NCBI GenBank assembly: GCA_028748975.1 | Contig: JAQTPI010000002.1 | Coordinates: forward strand, 51,213-115,212 | Length of the DNA: 64,000 nt | Direction of reading: 5' to 3' | Source: Patescibacteria group bacterium | GTDB taxonomy: Bacteria > Patescibacteriota > Patescibacteriia > UBA2196 | Shown: positions 19,188 to 29,578 of the stretch, one piece after another | Position numbering within the stretch: the first letter of the stretch is position 1 | How the letters are laid out: every line of letters begins with the position of its first letter | Program-made: the position numbers and the translations under genes | Notes under the pieces: generated by a model | What the model was told of the DNA's origin: nothing | Databases searched by the model: none | What the model saw: the letters and a program-made list of their open reading frames with translations, nothing else

Positions 19188-19973
19188 ATGTCTCACCGTC
19201 GAACTTTTTACATTATTTTGGCAATAGTTATTATCCTGGGCGGGCACTATTTGGGTTTGTGGCGGCCAATTGAGCGGCTGGCGACCAGAGCTTTGAGTTA
19301 TCCTTTAACCGCCGGCTATTCCTGGGGCCGTGATTTTTTTTCTTTTTTTGGCCGTTTCCAAAATAACGCCGATCTAAAAAAAGAAAACCAAGATCTAAAA
19401 GAACGAACAGCGGTTTTGGATGGAGAAATAATTTCTCTGAAGGAAGCCCTGCGCCAGAAAGGCATAACCGATGAGCAATTGGAATTTTTAAAGCAAGAAA
19501 AATTAAAAGCGGTTTTGGCGCGGGTGATTACTCGAGGCGTGGAAAATAATCCTAACCAGCTGATTATCGATAAGGGCGCGCGTGATGGGATTAAAAATGG
19601 TTTGGTAATTTTGGGCCGGGGCGGAGTGGTGGTTGGCAGGGTGACAAGAGTTGAAGACACCAGCGCCCAGATTTTACTTTTAACCGATACAAGCGTGGAG
19701 ATGGGCGCGGCAGATGTTGATGGCGGGCTTTTGGGCGTTGTTAAAGGCAATAAAGATTTAAGCTTGCGCCTTAATTATGTTTTGAAAGAGAAAAAAATAA
19801 CTAAAGGCGATATCATCATAACTTCCGGCGAGAAAGATTTGATACCGGCCGGACTTTTAATCGGAGAAATTGACCAGGTTTTTGAAGATGAGCGGGAAAT
19901 TTTTAAATCCGCTCGTTTGACGCAGCCGGTTGATGTTGCCAATACGGATATTGTGAGTGTAATTTTATTTTGA
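19188..19973 (+). CDS. mreC: Rod shape-determining protein MreC
   Basis: TM plus coiled coil, IIDKG..DG, TSG...IPAG; follows mreB. Confidence 0.9.
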   Translation: MSHRRTFYIILAIVIILGGHYLGLWRPIERLATRALSYPLTAGYSWGRDFFSFFGRFQNNADLKKENQDLKERTAVLDGEIISLKEALRQKGITDEQLEFLKQEKLKAVLARVITRGVENNPNQLIIDKGARDGIKNGLVILGRGGVVVGRVTRVEDTSAQILLLTDTSVEMGAADVDGGLLGVVKGNKDLSLRLNYVLKEKKITKGDIIITSGEKDLIPAGLLIGEIDQVFEDEREIFKSARLTQPVDVANTDIVSVILF

Positions 19974-19975
19974 TT

Positions 19976-20476
19976 ATGCTGAAAAAAATTATCATAAATT
20001 TAATTCTTTTATTTTTTGTCTTTTGGCTCTCGTTTACTTTTTTTTCTTCCAGAGCCATCTATTTTAATCCGTTTTTGGTAATTTTGGTTTATCTTCTAAT
20101 GTTTTCGGAAAGTGAAATTCAATTATTATGGATTTTGGGGGCGGGGATTTTATTTGACCTGTTTTCAGCCTTGCCTTTTGGTTCGCATCTGATTATTTTT
20201 TGTTTGTTGTTTTTGGGCGGAACATATTTGTTGGAACATTTTTTCACCAAGCGTGCTTTTTCCACCATGGTAATTTTAATTTTAATTGTCAATTCGGTTT
20301 TTTTGATTTTTTTACAATTGGAAAAAATATTACTGGGGTTCTTTAATGTTTCTTCTCCTTTTGTTTGGAATTGGTCTGGGGTTTTGCTGCAAATTTTAAG
20401 CAATCTTATTATAGGAGCAATCATGTTCGCGGTTACTAAATTTTTTACTTCACGGTTGAGAATGAACACTATTTAA
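19976..20476 (+). CDS. mreD: MreD-like membrane protein
   Basis: Five TM helices, G...DLFS..PFG; follows mreC. Confidence 0.7.
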   Translation: MLKKIIINLILLFFVFWLSFTFFSSRAIYFNPFLVILVYLLMFSESEIQLLWILGAGILFDLFSALPFGSHLIIFCLLFLGGTYLLEHFFTKRAFSTMVILILIVNSVFLIFLQLEKILLGFFNVSSPFVWNWSGVLLQILSNLIIGAIMFAVTKFFTSRLRMNTI

Positions 20477-20616
20477 GAAATAAGGATATAGGGATATAAA
20501 GATGTGTGAAGCTAACCTGTTATATCCTTATTTCCTTATATCTTTATTATCCATCGCTTCGACCATGGGATCCTTCTCCGCCAACTGGCGGATCAGGATG
20601 ATATTTAATTAAAGGT

Positions 20617-21708
20617 ATGAAAAAACTAAAAATTCTAGTCGCCATGTCCGGCGGAGTGGATTCAGCAGTGACCGCGGCATTATTAAAAAAACAAGGCCAG
20701 GAAGTGACTGGCGTTTTTATGATTAATTGGCGCGAAGACGAAGAAAATTTACGAGGCACTTGCGGCTGGGAGAAAGACCAGGCTGATGCGCGCCTGGCGG
20801 CGCAAAAAATCGGCATTAATCTTTTTACTTGGGATTTCAGCGCGGAATACAAGAAATTTGTGTTTGAATATTTTTTAAGCGCTTACCAAGATGGATTAAC
20901 ACCCAATCCCGATACCCTTTGCAATAAACATATAAAATTTGGCGTTTTTTTGGCTAAGGCCCGGGCGCTGGGGTTTGATAAGATTGCCACTGGCCATTAT
21001 GCGCAAATAAAAGAAAAAGACGGGAAACTGGAACTTTTCGCCGGCCGCGACCAGGGCAAAGACCAATCATATTTTTTATATGAACTCGGCCAAAAGGAAT
21101 TGGCGCAAACCCTGTTTCCTTTGGGCAAGATGAAAAAAGAAAAAGTACGCCGGTTGGCCAAAAAATTTGGTTTAAGCGTGGCGGAAAAAAAAGACAGTTA
21201 CGGCATTTGCTATATTGGCGAGAAAAACATGAAAGAATTTTTGGGGCAGTTTATTAAAAAAAATCCGGGGAAAATTGTTGATCAGCAGGGCCAAGTTTTA
21301 GGCGAACACGAGGGCCTCTTTACTTATACTTTGGGGCAGCGGCAGGGAATCGGAGTTGGCGGCCGTGGGCCATTTTATGTGGTGAAAAAGCAGACTGATG
21401 ATAATACCCTGATCGTCACCGATGACCAGAATGATCCGGCGCTGTATAAAAAAGAAGTGATGGTTGATAAGTTAAACTGGACCGCTGGTTGGCCGCCACA
21501 AACACCTTTTAAATGTTGGGCGCGTTTTCGGCATTTACAGGATTTATTTAAGGTTCACACGGAGAACATTAATAATAACCAAATTAGAGTAATTTTTGAT
21601 AAACCAGCGCGCGCGGTGGCCGCTGGACAAGCGTTGGTATTTTATGAGAGAATGGGGTGGTGGCGGAAGGAGTGGAAGGTGATGGGGGGAGGAATTATTA
21701 GCATTTAG
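20617..21708 (+). CDS. mnmA: tRNA 2-thiouridylase MnmA
   Basis: AMSGGVDS, TPNPD..CN, ATGHY, KDQSYFL, YTLGQR. Confidence 0.96.
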   Translation: MKKLKILVAMSGGVDSAVTAALLKKQGQEVTGVFMINWREDEENLRGTCGWEKDQADARLAAQKIGINLFTWDFSAEYKKFVFEYFLSAYQDGLTPNPDTLCNKHIKFGVFLAKARALGFDKIATGHYAQIKEKDGKLELFAGRDQGKDQSYFLYELGQKELAQTLFPLGKMKKEKVRRLAKKFGLSVAEKKDSYGICYIGEKNMKEFLGQFIKKNPGKIVDQQGQVLGEHEGLFTYTLGQRQGIGVGGRGPFYVVKKQTDDNTLIVTDDQNDPALYKKEVMVDKLNWTAGWPPQTPFKCWARFRHLQDLFKVHTENINNNQIRVIFDKPARAVAAGQALVFYERMGWWRKEWKVMGGGIISI

Positions 21709-21876
21709 TATAATCCTGAGGAGGCTCGATAACAATCGGGCCGACGAAGGATCCCGTGGCAGAAAGATAAAATTTACAAAATACTGTCTGCCCATGTTCG
21801 CAGGGTGCCCTTCGTCGCTCGCCTCGCTTCGCTTGAGGCGAAGCGGGCTCCCGCTCCTCAGGGCAGGCTATAAAAT

Positions 21877-23376
21877 ATGTCCAACAAAACCAAATACCGC
21901 ATCCTGGAAATCATCCCTGGCACCACTTTGTGGCTGACTTTTATTTTGGCCATTGTTTTATCTTTCATCAAACCGCTCTGGGTGATCTATTTTATTATTC
22001 TTTATGATCTTTATTGGTTCATTCGCATTATCTATTTTGTCACTTATCTTTTTATTTCCTGGAAAAGATATCACGATGTCAATAAAATTAATTGGTTTAA
22101 TGAAATTAAAAAAATCGGCGGTTACGAAAAATATTACCATTTGATTGTTTTGCCGACATATAAAGAGGGAATGAAGGTTTTTCGCGATACTTTAAATGGT
22201 TTAGTGGCGGCGGATTACGACAGTAAAAAATTTATTATTATTTTGTCGCGCGAATTGCGCGCCGGCGAAGATTACACCAAAAAATTTTTAGCAGACGCGG
22301 AAATTTTACACCGCGAATTTGATGATAAATTTTATAAATTTTTTACCATAATTCATCCGGTGCCGCCAAAAGAGGAATTGCCGGGCAAGGGTTCCAACGC
22401 TACTTGGGCGGTTAAAAAAATTAAAGAAGAATTCATTGATCCCGAGCACATTCCTTACGAAGATATCATTGTTTCCAATTTTGACAGTGACACGGCGGTC
22501 TATCCGCAATATTTTTCGCGTTTGGTTTACCTTTGGATGACCGCTGACAATCCACACCGCCATTCCTATCAACCATTAACCCTATATAATAATAATATTT
22601 GGGACGCGCCATCTTTTGCGCGCGTGGTGGCTAATTCCACCACCTTTTGGCTGATGGCGGAAAAAGCACGGCCAGAGCGTCTGTTTACTTTTTCGTCGCA
22701 CTCCATGAGTTTCAAGACTTTGGTGGAAGTGAATTATTGGGAAACAGACATTGTGACTGAGGATTCGCGCATTTTTTTGCAATGTTTTGATCATTTTAAC
22801 GGCGAATATTCCACCATCCCGATGTATATTCCCATTTCCATGGATACGGTCATGGGCAAGAATCTTTGGGGCACGATTCAGGGCCAGTATAAGCAAATGC
22901 GGCGCTGGGCCTGGTCAGTGGAGCATTTTCCCTGGATGACGATGCATTTTTCGCGCAACAAAAAAATTCCTTGGGGTAAAAAACTTAAATATTTAATCAA
23001 TCAATCAGAGGGCCAATACAGCTGGGCCACTGGACCGATTTTTATCACGCTTTTGGGACGACTGCCATTATATATTGCTTCCCGCGAGCATTTGTCGTTT
23101 GCGATCATACAAAACGCGCCATTTATTCTGGAGGTACTGATGGCTTTGGCCATGCTCGGGGTGGTGGTAGCTGGATTTATTAACATTTTCTTTTTACCGG
23201 GGCGGCCAGCAAAATACAAAAAAATTAAATGGCTGGCGATGGCCCTGCAATGGCTGCTTTTGCCGATTACCATGATATTTTTTGGTTCAGTGCCGGCTTT
23301 GGACGCGCAGACGCGATTAATGCTCGGCGGTAAATATCGCCTCGGTTTTGACGTGACGGAGAAACATAGAAAATAA
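21877..23376 (+). CDS. Membrane glycosyltransferase family 2 (processive-type)
   Basis: PTYKE, DSD, TED, QMRRW motifs; flanking TM helices. Confidence 0.8.
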   Translation: MSNKTKYRILEIIPGTTLWLTFILAIVLSFIKPLWVIYFIILYDLYWFIRIIYFVTYLFISWKRYHDVNKINWFNEIKKIGGYEKYYHLIVLPTYKEGMKVFRDTLNGLVAADYDSKKFIIILSRELRAGEDYTKKFLADAEILHREFDDKFYKFFTIIHPVPPKEELPGKGSNATWAVKKIKEEFIDPEHIPYEDIIVSNFDSDTAVYPQYFSRLVYLWMTADNPHRHSYQPLTLYNNNIWDAPSFARVVANSTTFWLMAEKARPERLFTFSSHSMSFKTLVEVNYWETDIVTEDSRIFLQCFDHFNGEYSTIPMYIPISMDTVMGKNLWGTIQGQYKQMRRWAWSVEHFPWMTMHFSRNKKIPWGKKLKYLINQSEGQYSWATGPIFITLLGRLPLYIASREHLSFAIIQNAPFILEVLMALAMLGVVVAGFINIFFLPGRPAKYKKIKWLAMALQWLLLPITMIFFGSVPALDAQTRLMLGGKYRLGFDVTEKHRK

Positions 23377-23498
23377 TTTTTAATTTTAAATTTTTAATTT
23401 TTAAACGATCGGTTTTCTGTTTTTAGACAGAAAACCGATTTTTTGACTTTTCCTCTAAAAACCAGTAAAATATAGATATCTTAATTATATATAAAAAC

Positions 23499-26225
23499 AT
23501 GTCTTTTTTGACCAAAATTTTCGGCGATGCCAATAAAAGAGTGACGGATAAACTGCGCGGGCGCGTGGAGGGGTTTTTAGTTTGGGAAGAAAAAGTAAAA
23601 AAATTAAAAGAAGAAGATTTTAAGAAAAAAACAGAAGAATTTAAGAAAAAACTGGCGGACAAAGAGTTTGAGGAACAGCAAAAAATTATGGACGAGATTT
23701 TGCCGGAGTGTTTTGCCCTGGTGCGCGAAGCGGCGCGGCGCACTTTGGGACAGCGCCACTATGACGTGCAGTTAGTTGCCGGTATGGTTTTGCATCAGGG
23801 TAATATCGCGGAAATGAAAACCGGTGAAGGCAAAACTTTGTCAGCCACGGCCGCGGTATATCTAAACGCGCTCTCCGGACGCGGGGTGCATGTCATCACT
23901 GTTAATGATTATTTGGCGCGGCGCGACATGGTCTGGATGGGACAGATTTATGATTATCTTGGTTTGACGGTTGGTTGCTTAAATCATGAAAGTGCTTTTT
24001 TATATGATTCGGAATTTAAAGGAAATCAGAAATCAGAAATCAGAAATCAGGGAGAAAAATTAGATATCAAACGCGACTCTGTCGGAGCTTTTAAAGTGGT
24101 GGAGGAATTTTTGCGGCCGGTGGAAAGAAGATTGGCGTACGCGGCGGACATTACCTATGGCACCAACAACGAATATGGTTTTGATTATCTGCGCGACAAC
24201 ATGGTGGCGGATTTGGAACAGAAAGTTCAGCGCGAACTGCATTACTCAATCGTGGATGAAGTTGACTCCATTTTGATTGATGAAGCGCGGACGCCACTGA
24301 TTATTTCGGCGCCAGACAGCGAGGCGACGGACAAATATCGCCAGTTTGCCGAATTGGTTTCGCGCTTGAGTGAAGGCGAGGATTACAATATTGATGAAAA
24401 AATGCGCGCGGCCACCTTGACGGAAGAGGGAATTAAAAAGATGGAAAAAATGCTCGGCGTGGAAAATATTTATACCGACCGCGGGGTGCGCGAAGTCCAT
24501 CACATTGAAAACGCGCTTAAGGCGCGCGTGCTTTTCAAATTAGACCGCGATTATGTGGTCAAAGACGGGGAAGTGATTATCGTGGATGAGTTTACCGGAC
24601 GACTGATGCTTGGCCGGCGTTATTCTGACGGGCTTCATCAGGCGATTGAGGCCAAGGAAGGCGTAAAAATTCAGCAGGAATCGGTGACCATGGCCACCAT
24701 CACTTTTCAAAATTATTTCCGCATGTATAAAAAATTGGCGGGCATGACGGGCACGGCGGCCACGGAAGCGGAAGAATTTGCCAAAATTTATAATCTTGAC
24801 GTGATTCAGATTCCAACCAATAAGCCGATGATTCGGGAAGATCTGGGGGATATAATTTTAAAAACAGAAAAAGAAAAATACGGCGCTATCGTGGAAGAAA
24901 TAAAAACGCGCCACCAATTGGGCCAGCCGGTTTTGGTCGGCACAATTTCCATTGAAAATAATGAACGTCTGGCCGAATTGCTTTCCCGCGAGGGTGTGGA
25001 ACACCGCGTCTTGAATGCCAAACAGCATGAAAAAGAAGCGGAAATTATCGCACAAGCCGGCCGTCTTAAGGCCGTAACCATTGCCACCAACATGGCTGGC
25101 CGCGGCGTGGACATAATTCTTGGTGGCAATCCTTCAACAGAAGAAGAACAGGAGGAAGTGAAGAAATTGGGCGGACTTTGTGTCATTGGCACCGAGCGGC
25201 ACGAAAGCCGGCGCATTGACAATCAACTGCGCGGCCGCACTGGGCGCCAGGGCGACCCGGGTTCTTCCCAATTTTTTGTTTCCATGGAAGATGATTTAAT
25301 GCGTATTTTCGGCGGGGAGAGAATGAAAAATTTGATGAACAGTTTGGGTTTGCCCGAGGGCATGCCGATTAAAAACAGGATGATTTCCAATTCCATTGAA
25401 AAAGCCCAACAAAAAGTAGAGGGGCATAATTTTGATATCAGAAAACACCTGGTGGAGTATGACGATGTGATTAATAAACACCGGGAAGTGATTTATAAGA
25501 AACGGAATCAAATACTAACAACTGACAATAAACAACTAACAACTGACAATAAACAACTAACAACTGACAATAAACAACAAATTTTATCATACGTGAAAGA
25601 AGAAATTGAGACAGTGGTTAAATTTCATACGCAAAGCGAAAATAATTGGAACTTGAAAGAAATCTATGAAGTGATGGATACGGTTTTTCCATTAACAGGC
25701 GAAGAAAAGATAGATTATGAAAGCATTAAAGCATTAAAACATGAAAACAAAACAGAGCAAGAAAAATTAATAGATTATCTTTTTGGCTTGGCGGAAAAAC
25801 AATATAATTTATTGGAAAATAAAATAAACAGCGATGAAAATTTGAAAAAGCAATTTAACGGCGCGGAACCGATGCGTTTGGTGGAACGGTCAATATTACT
25901 CCGCGCGATTGATATGCTGTGGGTGGAACACATTGACCAAATGGATCACATGCGCACGGGCATCGGACTCGTGGGTTATGGGCAAAAAGATCCGCTGGTG
26001 GAATATAAGCGCGAGGCCTACCGGATGTTTAATGATCTTCTAACTAATATCAGAAAACAGGTGGTATACAGTATTTTCAAAATATCTATTACTAACAACC
26101 AACAAACAACTAACAACTTACAACAACCATCAGCAGTTGATAAAAATCAAAAACACAAAGTCGGCAGAAACGATCCATGCCCATGCGGATCTGGCAAGAA
26201 ATACAAAAAGTGCTGTGGAAAATAA
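23499..26225 (+). CDS. secA: Preprotein translocase SecA with four in-frame repeat insertions
   Basis: [44 protein letters not shown] motif [19 protein letters not shown]. Confidence 0.97.
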   Translation: MSFLTKIFGDANKRVTDKLRGRVEGFLVWEEKVKKLKEEDFKKKTEEFKKKLADKEFEEQQKIMDEILPECFALVREAARRTLGQRHYDVQLVAGMVLHQGNIAEMKTGEGKTLSATAAVYLNALSGRGVHVITVNDYLARRDMVWMGQIYDYLGLTVGCLNHESAFLYDSEFKGNQKSEIRNQGEKLDIKRDSVGAFKVVEEFLRPVERRLAYAADITYGTNNEYGFDYLRDNMVADLEQKVQRELHYSIVDEVDSILIDEARTPLIISAPDSEATDKYRQFAELVSRLSEGEDYNIDEKMRAATLTEEGIKKMEKMLGVENIYTDRGVREVHHIENALKARVLFKLDRDYVVKDGEVIIVDEFTGRLMLGRRYSDGLHQAIEAKEGVKIQQESVTMATITFQNYFRMYKKLAGMTGTAATEAEEFAKIYNLDVIQIPTNKPMIREDLGDIILKTEKEKYGAIVEEIKTRHQLGQPVLVGTISIENNERLAELLSREGVEHRVLNAKQHEKEAEIIAQAGRLKAVTIATNMAGRGVDIILGGNPSTEEEQEEVKKLGGLCVIGTERHESRRIDNQLRGRTGRQGDPGSSQFFVSMEDDLMRIFGGERMKNLMNSLGLPEGMPIKNRMISNSIEKAQQKVEGHNFDIRKHLVEYDDVINKHREVIYKKRNQILTTDNKQLTTDNKQLTTDNKQQILSYVKEEIETVVKFHTQSENNWNLKEIYEVMDTVFPLTGEEKIDYESIKALKHENKTEQEKLIDYLFGLAEKQYNLLENKINSDENLKKQFNGAEPMRLVERSILLRAIDMLWVEHIDQMDHMRTGIGLVGYGQKDPLVEYKREAYRMFNDLLTNIRKQVVYSIFKISITNNQQTTNNLQQPSAVDKNQKHKVGRNDPCPCGSGKKYKKCCGK

Positions 26226-26458
26226 AAAGTCCTTAGACCGAAGTCTAAGGACGAATGAGTGGATCCCCTGGGAGCCAGTTATTCCCCGCCTGGGGCTCCT
26301 CCGCGCCTGGGATTTTTCACCCTCTTTCGAGAGACCTCAGGTTAAAAAGAGGTGGCGGGCCAGATGCTGCCTGCATAGGGATCCGTTGGCAGCCCACGCT
26401 CTAAACCAGTTAAAGCTTAACTGACTTAGAGCGTGGGCCATCCTGATCTGGCATGTTC
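26224..26458 (-). ncRNA. Candidate ~235-nt structured ncRNA of unknown family
   Basis: Own promoter (-35 at 26488-26493, -10 at 26464-26469), GC-rich stems and a pseudoknot, UUCG-capped terminator at 26229-26252 with U-tract, no ORF of meaningful length. Confidence 0.65.
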
Positions 26459-26561
26459 CGGTAAGTATAGCATACTAGATATACACCTGTCAAGTACTTA
26501 GTGTGGATTCATCATTGAACATAAAAAATACCACAGGGCTTAAGAATTAAAAAATAAACAT

Positions 26562-27194
26562 ATGACTAAAAATAAAAAAAATGACATCTACAAACAACTG
26601 GCGGATTTTGTGTATGAAACCAGCATCCACAGTAAAACGCCGCGGTCCGGGTTTTGGTTTTTGGGCAGCGGCACGCAGTCAGTGGCGGAACATTTGTTTC
26701 ACACAGCCATGATTGCCTACACCCTGACCTATCTGGAACCCAAAGCCGATAAGCAAAAAGTAATTTTGATGGCCTTGCTCCATGACATTGGCGAAGGGCG
26801 GGTTTCTGACCATAATTACGTGCACCAGCGTTATGGAAAATTGGCGGAAACGGAGGCGGTGAGAGACATTTCACTCAGCGTGCCTTTTGGCGGGGAAATT
26901 TTAAAACTATTTGAGGAAGAAAAAGAACGGAAGACTCTGGAAGCAAAATTGGTCAGAGACGCCGATCAGTTGGAATGGATCGCGACTTTGCGCGGGGAAG
27001 AGGTGAAGGGAAATGGCAAAGCCAAAGAATGGATTTTTATTGCTTCCAAAAGATTAAAAACCGAGGCTGGCCAGAAATTAGGCGAGGTTTTAATGAAAAA
27101 TCATCCGGATTCTTGGTTTTTTGATGCGAAAGATGCTTGGTTTGTTGACCGGAAAGTTAAACATCAAAAATGGGGTGTTAAAGGAAAAAAATAA
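26562..27194 (+). CDS. HD-domain hydrolase (YfbR/5'-deoxynucleotidase-like)
   Basis: PRSGF, SVAEH, LLHD, DADQLE. Confidence 0.85.
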   Translation: MTKNKKNDIYKQLADFVYETSIHSKTPRSGFWFLGSGTQSVAEHLFHTAMIAYTLTYLEPKADKQKVILMALLHDIGEGRVSDHNYVHQRYGKLAETEAVRDISLSVPFGGEILKLFEEEKERKTLEAKLVRDADQLEWIATLRGEEVKGNGKAKEWIFIASKRLKTEAGQKLGEVLMKNHPDSWFFDAKDAWFVDRKVKHQKWGVKGKK

Positions 27195-27236
27195 AACTCA
27201 CCAACAAGGTGGTGAGTGATAACTGATGAATATGGA

Positions 27237-27431
27237 TTAATCGCTCTGTTTCTTAAATACAACTGGAAACAATTTACCATGATTCAGATAATTAAGCGTT
27301 GAACAGGTTACTGCCAACAAAATAAAGAAAAAAACAATAGCCCATGTGTTTTTTATACCCCCCTCAATATGCAAGACAAGGGCAAAAATAGTGCATACCA
27401 CAGAAAGAGCCAAAAAATCACTGAGACGCAC
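27237..27431 (-). CDS. Small membrane protein (orphan)
   Basis: AGGAGG with GTG start; own TTGACA/TATAAT promoter at about 27480-27511. Confidence 0.55.
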   Translation of the reverse strand: MRLSDFLALSVVCTIFALVLHIEGGIKNTWAIVFFFILLAVTCSTLNYLNHGKLFPVVFKKQSD

Positions 27432-27521
27432 TTTAGCCTCCTTTCAGGTTATATTATTAGTATATTTAGTATATTAAGTATATTATAGCGCATCTAGATT
27501 TTTTTGTCAATACCTTAAAAT

Positions 27522-28190
27522 ATGGCCAGAATTAAAGTGAAAAAAGAAAAATTAGTGGACTTCAGTTTTATGCCAAGCTTGAAATGCACGCTTGCTTGCG
27601 CGCACTGCATGTATGAGGCCGCGCCGGAGAATAAAATAGTTTTAGATATTGAGAAAACCAAAAAATTTATTACCACAATTGATTTTAGTAAAATTAATGC
27701 CATGGGGTTTTATGGCGGTGAAATTTCAACAGATTACAAAAGATACCAAAGTTTTATTGATTTGATACCCAAAAATGTTATCAAATTTACCATTACTAAT
27801 GGCGCGTGGTCGACTAATAAAAAAAAGATTAAAGAATTTATTACTTTCGTGCGCAAAAATAAATTACAGGTATTTATTAGTAAGACTAAATTTCATAAAC
27901 CATTTCAAAACAGCGCAGTTTTGAGGGAGCTGGCCAAAAAATATAATTTTACCCTGAAAGATGAGGATCAAATTATTCCTATGGGCCGGGCCAGGAAGAA
28001 AAAATGGACCTGTTCAAAAAAGTGCTTGACTTATGCTGGTCCAACGAGATTAACACTGAATCCAAGAGGAGAAATTATGTTTTGTAACTGCGACGGTGTT
28101 TATCCAATAATCGGCACAGCTAATGAAAATTTTAGTATGGTGGTGGAAAGGGGACTTAACATTAAAAATTTTTGTGAGAAGTTACGATAA
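27522..28190 (+). CDS. Short radical SAM-like protein
   Basis: CxxxCxxC (CTLACAHC), YGGE, ITNG, C-terminal Cys residues. Confidence 0.75.
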   Translation: MARIKVKKEKLVDFSFMPSLKCTLACAHCMYEAAPENKIVLDIEKTKKFITTIDFSKINAMGFYGGEISTDYKRYQSFIDLIPKNVIKFTITNGAWSTNKKKIKEFITFVRKNKLQVFISKTKFHKPFQNSAVLRELAKKYNFTLKDEDQIIPMGRARKKKWTCSKKCLTYAGPTRLTLNPRGEIMFCNCDGVYPIIGTANENFSMVVERGLNIKNFCEKLR

Positions 28191-28219
28191 AATGATTTTA
28201 TAAATTAATTATTATTCAT

Positions 28220-29053
28220 ATGAAAATAGGATTTATTGGCCAGGGCTGGATTGGAAAAAATTACGCGGATAATTTTGAATATCGCGGTTTTAATATTGTG
28301 CGCTATGGCTTGGAGCCGGAATATGCCGGCAATAAAGAAAAAATTAAGGAGTGCGACATTGTTTTTCTGGCCGTGCCGACGCCAAGCACGCCCACCGGCT
28401 TTGATTTCAGTATTGTGGACCAAGCGCTAAATTTGATTGGCCAGGGCAAAACAGCGGTCATCAAATCCACAATTTTGCCGGGCACAACCGAAGAATTGCA
28501 AAGAAAGCACCCCGATATCATTGTTTTGCATTCGCCGGAATTTTTAACCGAAGCCACGGCCAAATTTGACGCCTGGTATCCGGACAGGAATATTGTTGGT
28601 TACGTTGATAAAAAGGGGGCGGAGGCGGCGGACAAAGTCATGGATGTTTTACCAGTCGCTTCTTTTAAAGCGATTATTCCGGCCAAAGCGGCGGAATTAA
28701 TCAAGTATGGCGGCAATTGCTGGTTTTATCTTAAAATCATCTATATCAATATGCTGTATGATTTGTGCCAAGAAATGGGAATTGATTATGAGTTGGTAAA
28801 AAGGGGGATGAGTTATGACACGCGTATTGGTTATACTCATTTAGATCCCATTCATAAAACTGGTCGGGGAGCGGGCGGACATTGTTTTATCAAGGATTTT
28901 GCCGCTTTCCGGCGTTTGTACGGGGAAATGAAAAAAGATGATGTTTGGGGCAATAAATTTTTGGAGGATTTGGAAAAGAAAAACATTGAGCTATTGAAAT
29001 CAACAAATAAAGATTTGGATTTGTTAAAAGGCGTCTGCGGAGAGAATATCTAA
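28220..29053 (+). CDS. UDP-glucose/GDP-mannose dehydrogenase family protein (short form)
   Basis: GxGxxG, AVPTP, KST..PGT, PEFL, GAGGHCFIKD. Confidence 0.85.
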   Translation: MKIGFIGQGWIGKNYADNFEYRGFNIVRYGLEPEYAGNKEKIKECDIVFLAVPTPSTPTGFDFSIVDQALNLIGQGKTAVIKSTILPGTTEELQRKHPDIIVLHSPEFLTEATAKFDAWYPDRNIVGYVDKKGAEAADKVMDVLPVASFKAIIPAKAAELIKYGGNCWFYLKIIYINMLYDLCQEMGIDYELVKRGMSYDTRIGYTHLDPIHKTGRGAGGHCFIKDFAAFRRLYGEMKKDDVWGNKFLEDLEKKNIELLKSTNKDLDLLKGVCGENI

Positions 29054-29079
29054 TAAATAATTATTATTAAGAAAAATTT

Positions 29080-29259
29080 ATGAAAAAAAATAACATGTTA
29101 GGTTTCTTAGGGTTTCTTGGTTTTTTGGGTTTTTTAGGATTTTTGGGAAAGTATAATGGCTGGAATTATTTAAATTTCCTCCATTTCCTGCATTTCCTCC
29201 ATTTTTTAAGATTTTTACCATCCAAAAAATCTGAAAATAAATTAAATGAAAACTCTTAA
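29080..29259 (+). CDS. Small (GFL)n/(FLH)n repeat membrane peptide, 59 aa (DUF3796-like N-terminus)
   Basis: Translated by hand; repeat codons vary synonymously. Confidence 0.6.
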   Translation: MKKNNMLGFLGFLGFLGFLGFLGKYNGWNYLNFLHFLHFLHFLRFLPSKKSENKLNENS

Positions 29260-29578
29260 GTTTTATCATAATTTAGTAGAAAAAATTTTAGATGGTGAGA
29301 AAACTGTCACTTGGCGGATGTTTGATGATAAAAATTTAACTATTGGCGACCAATTGGAATTTATAGAAACAGAAACCGGTGAAAAATTCGCCGAAGCGGA
29401 AATTACCAAGATAGTGGAAAAGAAATTGGGAGCGGTGGAGGAAAAAGGTTTTGACGGTCATGAAACCTATAAAAATCCGGAAGAAATGCTGGCGCAATAC
29501 CAAAAATATTATGGCAATAAAGTAACCAAGGAAACTCTCGTAAAAGTTATTAGTTTTAAATTATTAAAACATGCCTAA
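29246..29578 (+). CDS. ASCH domain protein
   Basis: ILDGEKTVTWR motif. Confidence 0.8.
   Translation: MKTLKFYHNLVEKILDGEKTVTWRMFDDKNLTIGDQLEFIETETGEKFAEAEITKIVEKKLGAVEEKGFDGHETYKNPEEMLAQYQKYYGNKVTKETLVKVISFKLLKHA

Noticed and set aside
26137-26424. 95-aa ORF overlapping the secA end, and similar ORFs at 7259-7504, 18965-19147, 32967-33551, 41650-41961 and 42550-42825
   Set aside because: They are translations of repeats or structured RNA, or antisense shadows of real genes
26224-26458. tmRNA, RNase P RNA, SRP RNA, SAM-I riboswitch or HDV/hammerhead ribozyme
   Set aside because: No tRNA-like ends, no GAGGAAAGUCC, no intact SRP helix 8, and catalytic core nucleotides not found by eye; a covariance-model search is still needed
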